NCBI GenBank assembly: GCA_964463865.1
Contig: CAYXDX010000004.1
Span: 10,580 to 42,579 of the forward strand
Source of the DNA: an uncultured archaeon
GTDB lineage: Archaea; Halobacteriota; Archaeoglobi; Archaeoglobales; Archaeoglobaceae
Direction: 5' to 3'
DNA length: 32,000 nt
Shown: in pieces, positions 23,230-32,000 of the stretch
Layout of the letters: each line of letters starts with the position of its first letter
How positions within the stretch are numbered: the stretch's first letter is position 1
Notes under the pieces: generated by a model
The model's database searches: none
Told to the model about the DNA's origin: nothing
The model's input: the letters and a program-made list of their open reading frames with translations, nothing else
Translations under genes and position numbers: made by a program

Positions 23230-24600
23230 ATGGCGGAAAAATTCACGCTTGAGGAATTTTTTAAACTCCTCAAGAAGTATAACGTGGAGGAGCTCGAAGG
23301 TGTAAGGATAGAAGGTGATTTGGAGATAGAGATAGAGCCCGGGGCGGGAATCGACCAGAACACGATAAACGCGATTTTGGCTCTGACTCAGTATGTAAAC
23401 CTGATTCAGGAGTTCGGTAACTTCCTTTACCACGCGAACATGGCTTTAACTTACCTGCAGAGGCTTTCGCAGGCTTTCGGAATACAGCTGCCTTTTGCAG
23501 CTCAACCGCAGCCGCAGGTTCCAGAGGTTAAGCCTACCGTTGAAGTTCCGAAATTCAAGATACCGGAAAAGCTGAAGGAAGCGAAGTTCGAGCCTTACAA
23601 GGTCGAGTATCCCGGTAAGATAGAAGAGGTTACGCTCGGCGCTACAAGATCTGAAGGTGGAACGAGGGAGAAGACGATTACCGTGGGAGGAGAGAGGAGC
23701 CTGGCCTTCTACACATTCGACGCCGAGATACTCCACATGCCCGTGATAGCTATCGACGTCTTCGACAGAAGACCGATGCTCGCTAAAGCAGTAAGAGAGC
23801 ACTATGAAGACGTTTTGGACGATCCTGCTGAGTGGGCGAGAAAGGCCGTGAAGGACTTCGGAGCTGACCTGGTGACGCTCCACCTGATAAGCACGGACCC
23901 GCTCTTAGAAGACAAACCCGCAAGCGAGGCGGCTAAGACGGTCGAGGAAGTTCTGCAGGCCGTTAAAGTTCCGCTCATAATTGGAGGAAGCGGTAACAAA
24001 GAGAAGGACCCAGAAGTGCTTGAAAAAGCGGCAGAAGTGGCTGAGGGAGAAAGAGTGATGCTCGCTTCGGCGACACTCGACATGGACTGGGAGAGAATCG
24101 GAAATGCGGCCAAGAAATACGGTCACGTCGTTTTAAGTTGGACGCAGATGGACATAAACAACCAGAAGACTCTCAACAGATACCTCCTCAAGAGAGTTGG
24201 AATTCCGAGAGACAGCCTCATAATGGATCCGACAACGGCAGCTCTGGGTTACGGTCTCGACTACGCGTTTACGAACATGGAGAGGATCAGGATAAGCGGT
24301 TTGAGAGGAGACCAGGACCTGAACTTCCCGATGTCCAGCGGAACCACGAACGCTTGGGGTGCGAGAGAAGCGTGGATGAAAGATTCACCTATCGAAGACG
24401 ACACACCTTGGGGTCCGAGAGAGCTCAGAGGTCCGATTTGGGAGATAGTGACTGGACTTACGCTCGCTCTCGCCGGAGTCGACATATTCATGATGATGCA
24501 CCCAGGTGCCGTTGCTGTCCTTAAGGAAATTATGAACACCCTTGCCGGAAACATCAAGGAGAAGGCTGATGAGGACGCTTGGATAACGATGGAGGGGTGA
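23230..24600 (+). CDS. cdhD: ACDS complex delta subunit (corrinoid/Fe-S protein small subunit)
   Basis: ATG at 23230 after GAGGCGAGGTGA; the listed GTG at 23209 overlaps cooC. TIM-barrel-type CdhD sequence in the operon position before cdhE. Confidence 0.92.
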   Translation: MAEKFTLEEFFKLLKKYNVEELEGVRIEGDLEIEIEPGAGIDQNTINAILALTQYVNLIQEFGNFLYHANMALTYLQRLSQAFGIQLPFAAQPQPQVPEVKPTVEVPKFKIPEKLKEAKFEPYKVEYPGKIEEVTLGATRSEGGTREKTITVGGERSLAFYTFDAEILHMPVIAIDVFDRRPMLAKAVREHYEDVLDDPAEWARKAVKDFGADLVTLHLISTDPLLEDKPASEAAKTVEEVLQAVKVPLIIGGSGNKEKDPEVLEKAAEVAEGERVMLASATLDMDWERIGNAAKKYGHVVLSWTQMDINNQKTLNRYLLKRVGIPRDSLIMDPTTAALGYGLDYAFTNMERIRISGLRGDQDLNFPMSSGTTNAWGAREAWMKDSPIEDDTPWGPRELRGPIWEIVTGLTLALAGVDIFMMMHPGAVAVLKEIMNTLAGNIKEKADEDAWITMEG

Positions 24601-24603
24601 GGA

Positions 24604-26019
24604 ATGAAGGTAAAAAGCCCTCTTGAAATTTACAGGTATCTCCCTCAGACGAACTGCGGTGAGTGTGGCTACGACACGTGCATGAGTTTCGCTGCTCAGA
24701 TCATCGAGAGAACCGTAAAACCGACGGACTGTCCACCGCTCGTTAAGGAGGCGGAGAAGAATCCGAAAGTTAAGAAAAAGCTTGAAGAACTGATCGAAAT
24801 TACGTCACCGGAGGTTAAGGAAGTCGTAATCGGTAAGGACGGCAGAGCAGTTAAAATAGGCGGAGAAGACGTCTTGCACAGGCACGAATTGACGTTCTTC
24901 AACCCGACCGCTCTTTTCTACGACGTTTGGGACACGCTCGACGATAAGGAGATCGACGAGAGGTGCAGCAAGGTAGTGGAATACAAGAAGTTCTACGTGG
25001 GTGAATATCTAACTCTCGACGGCATCGCCGTGAGGTGCACGTCCAACGATCCGAAGAGGTTTAGGGAGGTGGCTAAAAAGGTTGCCGGATACGGCAAGCC
25101 GATGATTCTCGTTTCGCTCAACCCGGAGTGCATGCGAGCAGCTCTTGAGGAGGTGGCTGACGAGAGGCCGTTAATCTACGCTGCAACGGAGCAGAACTGG
25201 AAGGAATTCCTGCAACTCGCTCTCGAATTCAACGTGCCGGTCGTGTTGAGGAGCAAGGATCTCGACAAGCTGAAGAGCATGGCCGTGACATTCAAGGAAG
25301 CGGGAGTGACCGACATCGTTCTCGACCCTGTTACCGAGCCTCTCGGAGAGGGATTGAAAGGAACGTTCGAGAGGGTTATTCAGCTGAGAAGAACGGCAAT
25401 ACTCGGCGAGGATAAGGATGTGGCTTATCCGATAATGATCACTCCGATAGCCGCTTGGGCGATCGACGCGGACGAAGTGTCCAAGGCGTATTGGGAAACG
25501 GTAATAGCGAGCCTCTTCATCGTTAAATACGGAGACGTGATGATTCTGAGGTGTCTTGAGCCGTATGCGATCATGCCCATAGTCACGTTGAGATATAACA
25601 TCTACACAGACCCGAGGACGCCAGTTCAGGTCGAGCCCGGGCTCAGGGAGATCAACAATCCGGGACCAGACGATCCGGTCTTCATAACGACGAACTTCGC
25701 TTTGACCTACTACACGGTTGAGAGCGACTTGACGAGCGGAAACATAAAAGGCTGGTTACTCGTTCTCGACACTGAAGGTCTCGGAGTCGAGGTGAGCGTT
25801 GCTGGAGGACAGTTTACGGCTGCGAAGGTCAAGGATTTGATAAAGGATACGAAGATCGAGGAGAAAGTGAACCACAGGTATCTCGTAATTCCGGGACTCG
25901 CCGCGAGGCTTCAGGGTGCGATAGAGGACGAGACCGGATGGAAGGTGCTCGTCGGACCAATGGACTCCGGAAGGATAAAGGGCTGGCTCGAACAGAACTG
26001 GCCACCCAAAGAAAAATAA
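24604..26019 (+). CDS. cdhE: ACDS complex gamma subunit (corrinoid/Fe-S protein large subunit)
   Basis: N-terminal [4Fe-4S] motif LPQTNCGECGYDTCMSFAAQI...DCPPL. Length of 471 aa and operon position also fit. Confidence 0.95.
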   Translation: MKVKSPLEIYRYLPQTNCGECGYDTCMSFAAQIIERTVKPTDCPPLVKEAEKNPKVKKKLEELIEITSPEVKEVVIGKDGRAVKIGGEDVLHRHELTFFNPTALFYDVWDTLDDKEIDERCSKVVEYKKFYVGEYLTLDGIAVRCTSNDPKRFREVAKKVAGYGKPMILVSLNPECMRAALEEVADERPLIYAATEQNWKEFLQLALEFNVPVVLRSKDLDKLKSMAVTFKEAGVTDIVLDPVTEPLGEGLKGTFERVIQLRRTAILGEDKDVAYPIMITPIAAWAIDADEVSKAYWETVIASLFIVKYGDVMILRCLEPYAIMPIVTLRYNIYTDPRTPVQVEPGLREINNPGPDDPVFITTNFALTYYTVESDLTSGNIKGWLLVLDTEGLGVEVSVAGGQFTAAKVKDLIKDTKIEEKVNHRYLVIPGLAARLQGAIEDETGWKVLVGPMDSGRIKGWLEQNWPPKEK

Positions 26020-26041
26020 ACCCTATTTTTATCCCATTTTT
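26020..26041 (+). terminator. Two T5 tracts directly after the cdhE stop (possible archaeal oligo-T termination signal)
   Basis: ACCCTATTTTTATCCCATTTTT, read directly. The thrC ATG follows immediately, so read-through into thrC is equally possible. Confidence 0.3.
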
Positions 26042-27214
26042 ATGTATCTACTCAGGTGTATTGAATGCGGAAGTTCCTTCGACACGGATTTTATCTACCA
26101 GTGTAGTAAATGCGGCGGTTTGCTTGAGGTAGTTTACGATTATTCTGAAATAGAGTTAAATCTCGACGGAAAAAACCTGAGCGTTTGGAAATACAAAGAC
26201 GCTTTACCCGTCAAATCCGACCCGGTAACACTCAGGGAAGGCGGGACCCCTCTTTATAAGGTCGATAGAGTCGCCGAAATCTGCGGCATAAAAGAGCTGT
26301 ATGTCAAGCACGAGGGTCTTAACCCCTCTGGATCGTTTAAAGACAGGGGTATGACGGTCGGCATCACCAAAGCCGTAGAGCTGAAAATGAGGACCGTGAT
26401 TTGCGCCTCTACCGGAAACACCTCCGCGTCTATGGCAATGTACGCGGCCAAAGCGGGATTGAGAGCGGTGGTTTTGCTACCGTCGGGAAAGGTTGCTTTG
26501 GGGAAGCTTGCACAGGCTTTAATGCACGGGGCGAAGGTGATAGCTATAAGAGGCAACTTCGACAAAGCTCTTGAGATCGTAAGAAGCCTCGCGATGAGGA
26601 AGTCTCTTTATCTCCTCAACTCGATAAATCCGTTTAGGCTCGAAGGACAGAAGACCATAGCGTTCGAAATAGTCGACGAACTCGGTTTCGTTCCAGACGC
26701 GATATTCGTTCCCGTGGGTAATGCTGGCAACATTTCCGCCATTTACAAAGGCTTTAAAGAGTTGAAGGAGATGGGCTACATCGATAAAATTCCAAGGATG
26801 GTGGGCGTTCAGGCAAAGGGTGCGAATCCGCTGTATAGGGCTTTTCTGAAGAAGAGCGAAGAGGTCGAGCCAGTGAAAAATCCGGAAACGATTGCTACTG
26901 CTATAAGAATAGGAGCACCGGTTAACGCGAAAAAAGCTTTGAGAGCTGTTTACGAATCAGACGGAGCAATCTTGGAGGTCAGCGACGAAGAAATTGTCGC
27001 CGCCCAGAAGCTGCTGGCGGCTAAAGAGGGGATTGGCGTGGAGCCCGCAAGTGCTGCAAGCGTCGCTGGAGCTATGAAGTTCGAAGACGAAATAGAGTGT
27101 GCCGTCTGCATAACTACGGGAAACCTCCTTAAGGATCCGGATGAAGTTGTGTCCGTCTGCGAGAAGCCAATCGAGGTTGAAGCTGACGTCGACGTCATAG
27201 AAAAGCTTCTCTGA
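26042..27214 (+). CDS. thrC: Threonine synthase
   Basis: N-terminal zinc ribbon CIECG...CSKCGG, PLP-lysine motif GSFKDRG, and the GNAGN loop. Confidence 0.93.
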   Translation: MYLLRCIECGSSFDTDFIYQCSKCGGLLEVVYDYSEIELNLDGKNLSVWKYKDALPVKSDPVTLREGGTPLYKVDRVAEICGIKELYVKHEGLNPSGSFKDRGMTVGITKAVELKMRTVICASTGNTSASMAMYAAKAGLRAVVLLPSGKVALGKLAQALMHGAKVIAIRGNFDKALEIVRSLAMRKSLYLLNSINPFRLEGQKTIAFEIVDELGFVPDAIFVPVGNAGNISAIYKGFKELKEMGYIDKIPRMVGVQAKGANPLYRAFLKKSEEVEPVKNPETIATAIRIGAPVNAKKALRAVYESDGAILEVSDEEIVAAQKLLAAKEGIGVEPASAASVAGAMKFEDEIECAVCITTGNLLKDPDEVVSVCEKPIEVEADVDVIEKLL

Positions 27215-27755
27215 ACTTTCGTCTGAACTGCTCCATTCTTTCTCTGCTCTTATTGAGTTTTTCCACCGCGAGTTCGTAATTTACTCTTATCGTTTCCACG
27301 TCGAAGACTTTTCCTCTTGCGGCGACGACCATTTCCAGCCTTTCCGGAGCGGCCACCTCCACTATCCACCTCCTCATCGAAATGACACCACTTCTTCTGA
27401 AACCGGAAAGTTTAGCGATTTTCAGAAACTCTTCGGCGAACTCTCTGCTTTCGCAGGCTACGTGGATTATTGGCGGGTGCATCATCAACCAGGTCGTCAG
27501 CTTTCCCTTCATTATCGCCTTCAGAACATCCTCGAAGGCTGGAGGTGTGTGCCACTTACCGAGGAACACGCTTTGAGCTTTTTCCCCGAAGCGGGGCATG
27601 TCCATGACCGCTATTCTTCCGGAACAGCTTGAGAGAGTAACGAAGTGTTCTACGGAATTAATCTCGTCGAGAAACGGCTTTATCTCGTGGTCTATAGGGG
27701 AACTCCTGTATTTTTCAAGTTTCGAGGCTCTGAACTTCTCCCACACGATCGACAA
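27195..27755 (-). CDS. taw3: tRNA wyosine-derivative methyltransferase Taw3/TYW3
   Basis: TYW3 signature TLSSCSGRI, and a size of about 186 aa. It overlaps the thrC 3' end by 20 nt (convergent). Confidence 0.8.
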   Translation of the reverse strand: MSIVWEKFRASKLEKYRSSPIDHEIKPFLDEINSVEHFVTLSSCSGRIAVMDMPRFGEKAQSVFLGKWHTPPAFEDVLKAIMKGKLTTWLMMHPPIIHVACESREFAEEFLKIAKLSGFRRSGVISMRRWIVEVAAPERLEMVVAARGKVFDVETIRVNYELAVEKLNKSRERMEQFRRKFREAFL

Positions 27756-27767
27756 AAAAGCTAAGAT

Positions 27768-28037
27768 TTAAATTAATGCTTCGATTACGTAAAGCGACGC
27801 AACACCGACGACCATCGCGACGAGGAGACTTCTGTTTTTCGTTGCGACGGCTAAAACGATTAGTCCGGCGAGAGCTTTACTCGTATCCGTCATTTCCGGG
27901 AACACGAGCGCGGCGAATATCGAGGGAGGTATGAACTTCACGAACCTGTTGTCTCCTCTGAAGTCGCGAATCATCGGCAGAACTCTCGAAAGGTAGGTGA
28001 CAGCGAACATTCCGAGTATCGTCAGGAGGACATCCAT
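27768..28037 (-). CDS. azlD: AzlD-like small membrane protein (branched-chain amino acid transport accessory)
   Basis: 89 aa, hydrophobic with about 3 TM segments. It overlaps the 3' end of the azlC-like gene, which is the typical AzlC-AzlD pairing. Confidence 0.7.
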   Translation of the reverse strand: MDVLLTILGMFAVTYLSRVLPMIRDFRGDNRFVKFIPPSIFAALVFPEMTDTSKALAGLIVLAVATKNRSLLVAMVVGVASLYVIEALI

Positions 28038-28669
28038 CTTTCAGCGACACCTCCCGCAAGGCACCCAACTATCGCCGCTACGAGTATGTTCCACCCGCTC
28101 GGCAGAATCAACGCCGTCAGACCGGCGAAAATTACCGCTACTACGTCTGATCCTCTCTTAACACTCGAGGCGAGTATAGATATGAACAGAGCAGTCAGTC
28201 CGAAAGGCAGAACGTTGGTAACGTCCTCTGGGAGAATTGAGCCGAAGAGCAGTCCGATGGCCGTTCCCGAGACCCACGCGGCGTAACAGAAGAAGTTGAG
28301 TTCGAGGCTGTATTTCGGAGACGCCAACCCTTCTTCTAATCTCTTTGAAGCCACGGCGAACGTCTCGTCCGTAATTCCGAAGGACACGATAGCTTTCGTA
28401 AGATTGCTCACGCCTCTGTAAAACCTTGAAAGGTAGCCGCTCATGAGGAGGTGTCTGGAGTTTATGAGAAACGTCGTTAGAACGATTGCGACTGGATGCG
28501 ATCCTCTCTCTATCATCTGCAGGGCCACGAACTGCGAAGCTCCGGCGAAAACGAGGGCGGACATGATTATCGCGTTCGCACCGAGGTAGTCTTTTGCGAG
28601 TATGCCGAACGCGACGGATATCGAGAAGTAGCCGACGACTATCGGCAGCGAGTCCCTCAAACTTTGCAT
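28022..28669 (-). CDS. azlC: AzlC-family membrane transporter subunit
   Basis: Polytopic membrane protein with AzlC-like motifs (GASQFVALQM). Start chosen at the ATG at 28669; the listed start at 28720 is TTG. Confidence 0.8.
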   Translation of the reverse strand: MQSLRDSLPIVVGYFSISVAFGILAKDYLGANAIIMSALVFAGASQFVALQMIERGSHPVAIVLTTFLINSRHLLMSGYLSRFYRGVSNLTKAIVSFGITDETFAVASKRLEEGLASPKYSLELNFFCYAAWVSGTAIGLLFGSILPEDVTNVLPFGLTALFISILASSVKRGSDVVAVIFAGLTALILPSGWNILVAAIVGCLAGGVAERWMSS

Positions 28670-28738
28670 GCAGGCAATACGAGTAACCGAATAAAAAACC
28701 TGTGATTTACTCGAAGGCAAAAAATATTTTAAAGAAAT

Positions 28739-30297
<1,559 letters not shown>

Positions 30298-31401
30298 ATG
30301 CTGCCAGTAGCAGCGTTAATATGCGCGATTCTCGCTGTAATCTCAAGGAAGCTGTCGATCCCGTCGATCCCCCTCTACATCGTAGCCGGTTTGATACTGG
30401 GCAAGTCCGGTCTCGGCATCTTCGAATTTGACGAGGTCGCGAGATTCTTAACGAGGATAGGGATAATCTTTCTGCTGTTTTACATAGGTCTGCATCTGAA
30501 CTTCGAGAAACTTTCGAAGAACGTTTTTGCGAACGGTTTTGTAGACCTGCTCGTGAACTTTTCCCTCGCTTTTCTTGTAGCTACGGCTCTCGGTTTCTCA
30601 GCGTTCGAGTCGTTCGTTATAGCTTCTGCCGTTTACATAAGCAGCTCCGCGATAGTTTTGCAGTCGCTCGTCGAGTTTAGAAAGCTGATATTTCCAGAGG
30701 CAGAGACTGTTGTCTGGTTGATGATCTTCGAGGACATAATCCTCGTCTTAATTTTAATCGTGGGATCAGCTAACCTTGTGGAGTTGCCGGTCTTCTTACT
30801 GAAAATACTCGTGTTCACGTTTTTAATTTACGCGTCTCACAAGCTCTCCAAGAACATCAGAGGACTGTTCGTGAGAGACGACGAAATACCCTTTTTACTG
30901 TCCTTCTCGATAGCAACGTTCTCGGTTACGATTTCTGAGGTTCTTGGCATTCCGGAAGGATTCGTGGCTATAATGCTTGGTGCTATGCTTTCCAACATCA
31001 AGGAAGTCGAGAGGTTCGTGACACCGTTCAAGGACGTGTTCATAGTCCTATTTTTCTTCTTCTTCGGAACGACCGTAAGCATCGGAGCTCTGTCGATCGT
31101 AATGGTGCTCTTCGTAGTCGTAGCGGTGTTCGGCAAAATTCTTTCTGGAGTCGCGATTGGAGTCCTGAGTCACCGATCCGTGAAGTCCGGGCTCGAAATA
31201 GGCTTCGACACAGTGGCGAGGGGGGAGTTTTCGATATTCATAGCGTTCATTTTCGGCAGCGCACCGGTAATCAATTTAATAACGCTCGTAGTCTTAGCTT
31301 CGTCAATAATCGGCTCGCTGGTGTCGAAGTATTCGTTCGAAATAATCTCGAAGCTCGACGATATGTATTCGAGCGTTAAGCTTTTATCTTTACGGCGTTA
31401 A
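30298..31401 (+). CDS. CPA2-family cation:proton antiporter membrane subunit
   Basis: 367 aa with about 10-11 hydrophobic segments and Na+/H+-exchanger-family character. It is coupled to the KhtT-like gene. Confidence 0.8.
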   Translation: MLPVAALICAILAVISRKLSIPSIPLYIVAGLILGKSGLGIFEFDEVARFLTRIGIIFLLFYIGLHLNFEKLSKNVFANGFVDLLVNFSLAFLVATALGFSAFESFVIASAVYISSSAIVLQSLVEFRKLIFPEAETVVWLMIFEDIILVLILIVGSANLVELPVFLLKILVFTFLIYASHKLSKNIRGLFVRDDEIPFLLSFSIATFSVTISEVLGIPEGFVAIMLGAMLSNIKEVERFVTPFKDVFIVLFFFFFGTTVSIGALSIVMVLFVVVAVFGKILSGVAIGVLSHRSVKSGLEIGFDTVARGEFSIFIAFIFGSAPVINLITLVVLASSIIGSLVSKYSFEIISKLDDMYSSVKLLSLRR

Positions 31402-31410
31402 CTTTTCCCT

Positions 31411-31608
31411 ATGCCAATGGAAATTGAAGCGAGAGCTGGAGAAAGGTGTTTCGTTTGTGGAAAGCTTATAAGAGAAGCGGTCATCGTTAAAACCTGTTGC
31501 AACAACAAACCGAGGAGCTTCTGCAGTCAGGCGTGCTATCAGAAGTGGAAAGCCGAGTGGATGAGAAGGCAGGAACAGATCGGGAGGGAAAGGAGAGTCC
31601 TTCTTTGA
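31411..31608 (+). CDS. TRASH/FCS-type zinc-ribbon miniprotein (65 aa)
   Basis: C-x2-C-x21-C-x3-C (CFVCG...FCSQAC) fits the TRASH pattern C-x2-C-x19-22-C-x3-C, with a basic C-terminus. The gene is small, so coding status is less certain. Confidence 0.6.
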   Translation: MPMEIEARAGERCFVCGKLIREAVIVKTCCNNKPRSFCSQACYQKWKAEWMRRQEQIGRERRVLL

Positions 31609-32000
31609 AGTTGCTGATAAAAAAGGACTGTCTCGACACTCTTTCGTCATTCAAGCCAAGAGGGGTTGAGGAGGAAAGGTGCGGACTGCTGATAGGAGAG
31701 AGAAAGAGCGACACATTTCTTATCGAAGAGGTCGTAGAGGTTAAAAACGTTAGGAAGTCCGTTAGCGAGTTCGAGCTCGATCCCGTGGAAACTCTGAAGA
31801 TTTTCGAGCGAGTCGAAGATGAGGGAAAACAGGTCGTTGGAGTCTGGCACACGCATCCGCTTTGGAAAGCGCATCCATCCGAAAAGGACATCGTGGGAAT
31901 GCGCGTTTTTCCGGGGGTCTGGGTGATAGTTTCTCGGGAGGAGATCAGGGCTTTCGTTCTCGAAGACGAAGTCGTGGAGGTTGACGTAGTCGTTGTGTAA
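31605..32000 (+). CDS. JAMM/MPN+ metalloprotease-domain protein
   Basis: EERCGLLIG (the Glu of the JAMM motif) and HTHPLWKAHPSEKD (HxH-x7-S-x2-D). The proposed TTG start at 31605 overlaps the upstream TGA (TTGA), with GGGAGGGAAAGGAGAG upstream. The listed ATG at 31497 would overlap the TRASH gene by about 110 nt. The stop TAA is at 31998-32000, the window end. Confidence 0.75.
   Translation: MKLLIKKDCLDTLSSFKPRGVEEERCGLLIGERKSDTFLIEEVVEVKNVRKSVSEFELDPVETLKIFERVEDEGKQVVGVWHTHPLWKAHPSEKDIVGMRVFPGVWVIVSREEIRAFVLEDEVVEVDVVVV

Noticed and set aside
31497-31604. ATG-initiated 36-aa N-terminal extension of the JAMM ORF
   Set aside because: It overlaps the TRASH miniprotein frame by about 110 nt and adds a Gln/Glu/Ser-rich segment unlike MPN N-termini. 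The TTG at 31605 has a strong SD. This is kept as an alternative rather than fully excluded.

Overview
This is a densely packed chromosomal segment with almost no non-coding DNA, from a thermophilic euryarchaeon. Gene content suggests an Archaeoglobales-like genome, which is an inference only. Supporting signs are a complete acetyl-CoA decarbonylase/synthase (ACDS) operon, F420-dependent Mer, Fwd-like genes, a cupin-type PGI, archaeal LeuRS/TrpRS, Glu/Lys/Val/Ile-rich proteins, GGAGGTG-like ribosome-binding sites and many 1-7 nt start/stop overlaps. Gene order, left to right: (1) an acyl-CoA cluster of two thiolase-fold paralogs, two DUF35 paralogs and an acyl-CoA dehydrogenase. (2) mtaD-like deaminase, leuS and an MBL-fold hydrolase. 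(3) On the minus strand, a ROK kinase, ribose-1,5-bisphosphate isomerase and trpS. (4) AMMECR1, argF and nadE, with cupin pgi on the minus strand. (5) A C1 block on the plus strand: ferredoxin, FwdB-like, FwdD-like, then cdhA-cdhB-cdhC-(29-codon sORF)-cooC-cdhD-cdhE, followed by thrC. (6) On the minus strand, taw3, azlD, azlC and mer. (7) A KhtT-like regulator with a CPA2 antiporter, a TRASH-type zinc-ribbon miniprotein and a JAMM/MPN+ protein. I saw no rRNA, tRNA, CRISPR array, transposase or integrase. Most of the window is core metabolism. The items most worth a second look are the Cys-less thiolase pair with two DUF35 partners, the unlisted in-frame sORF after the cdhC stop that repeats the CdhC tail motif, the CdhE-like Fe-S domain on the ferredoxin heading the FwdBD-like module beside cdh, the ROK kinase coupled to R15P isomerase, and an insertion plus a four-Cys motif in TrpRS.
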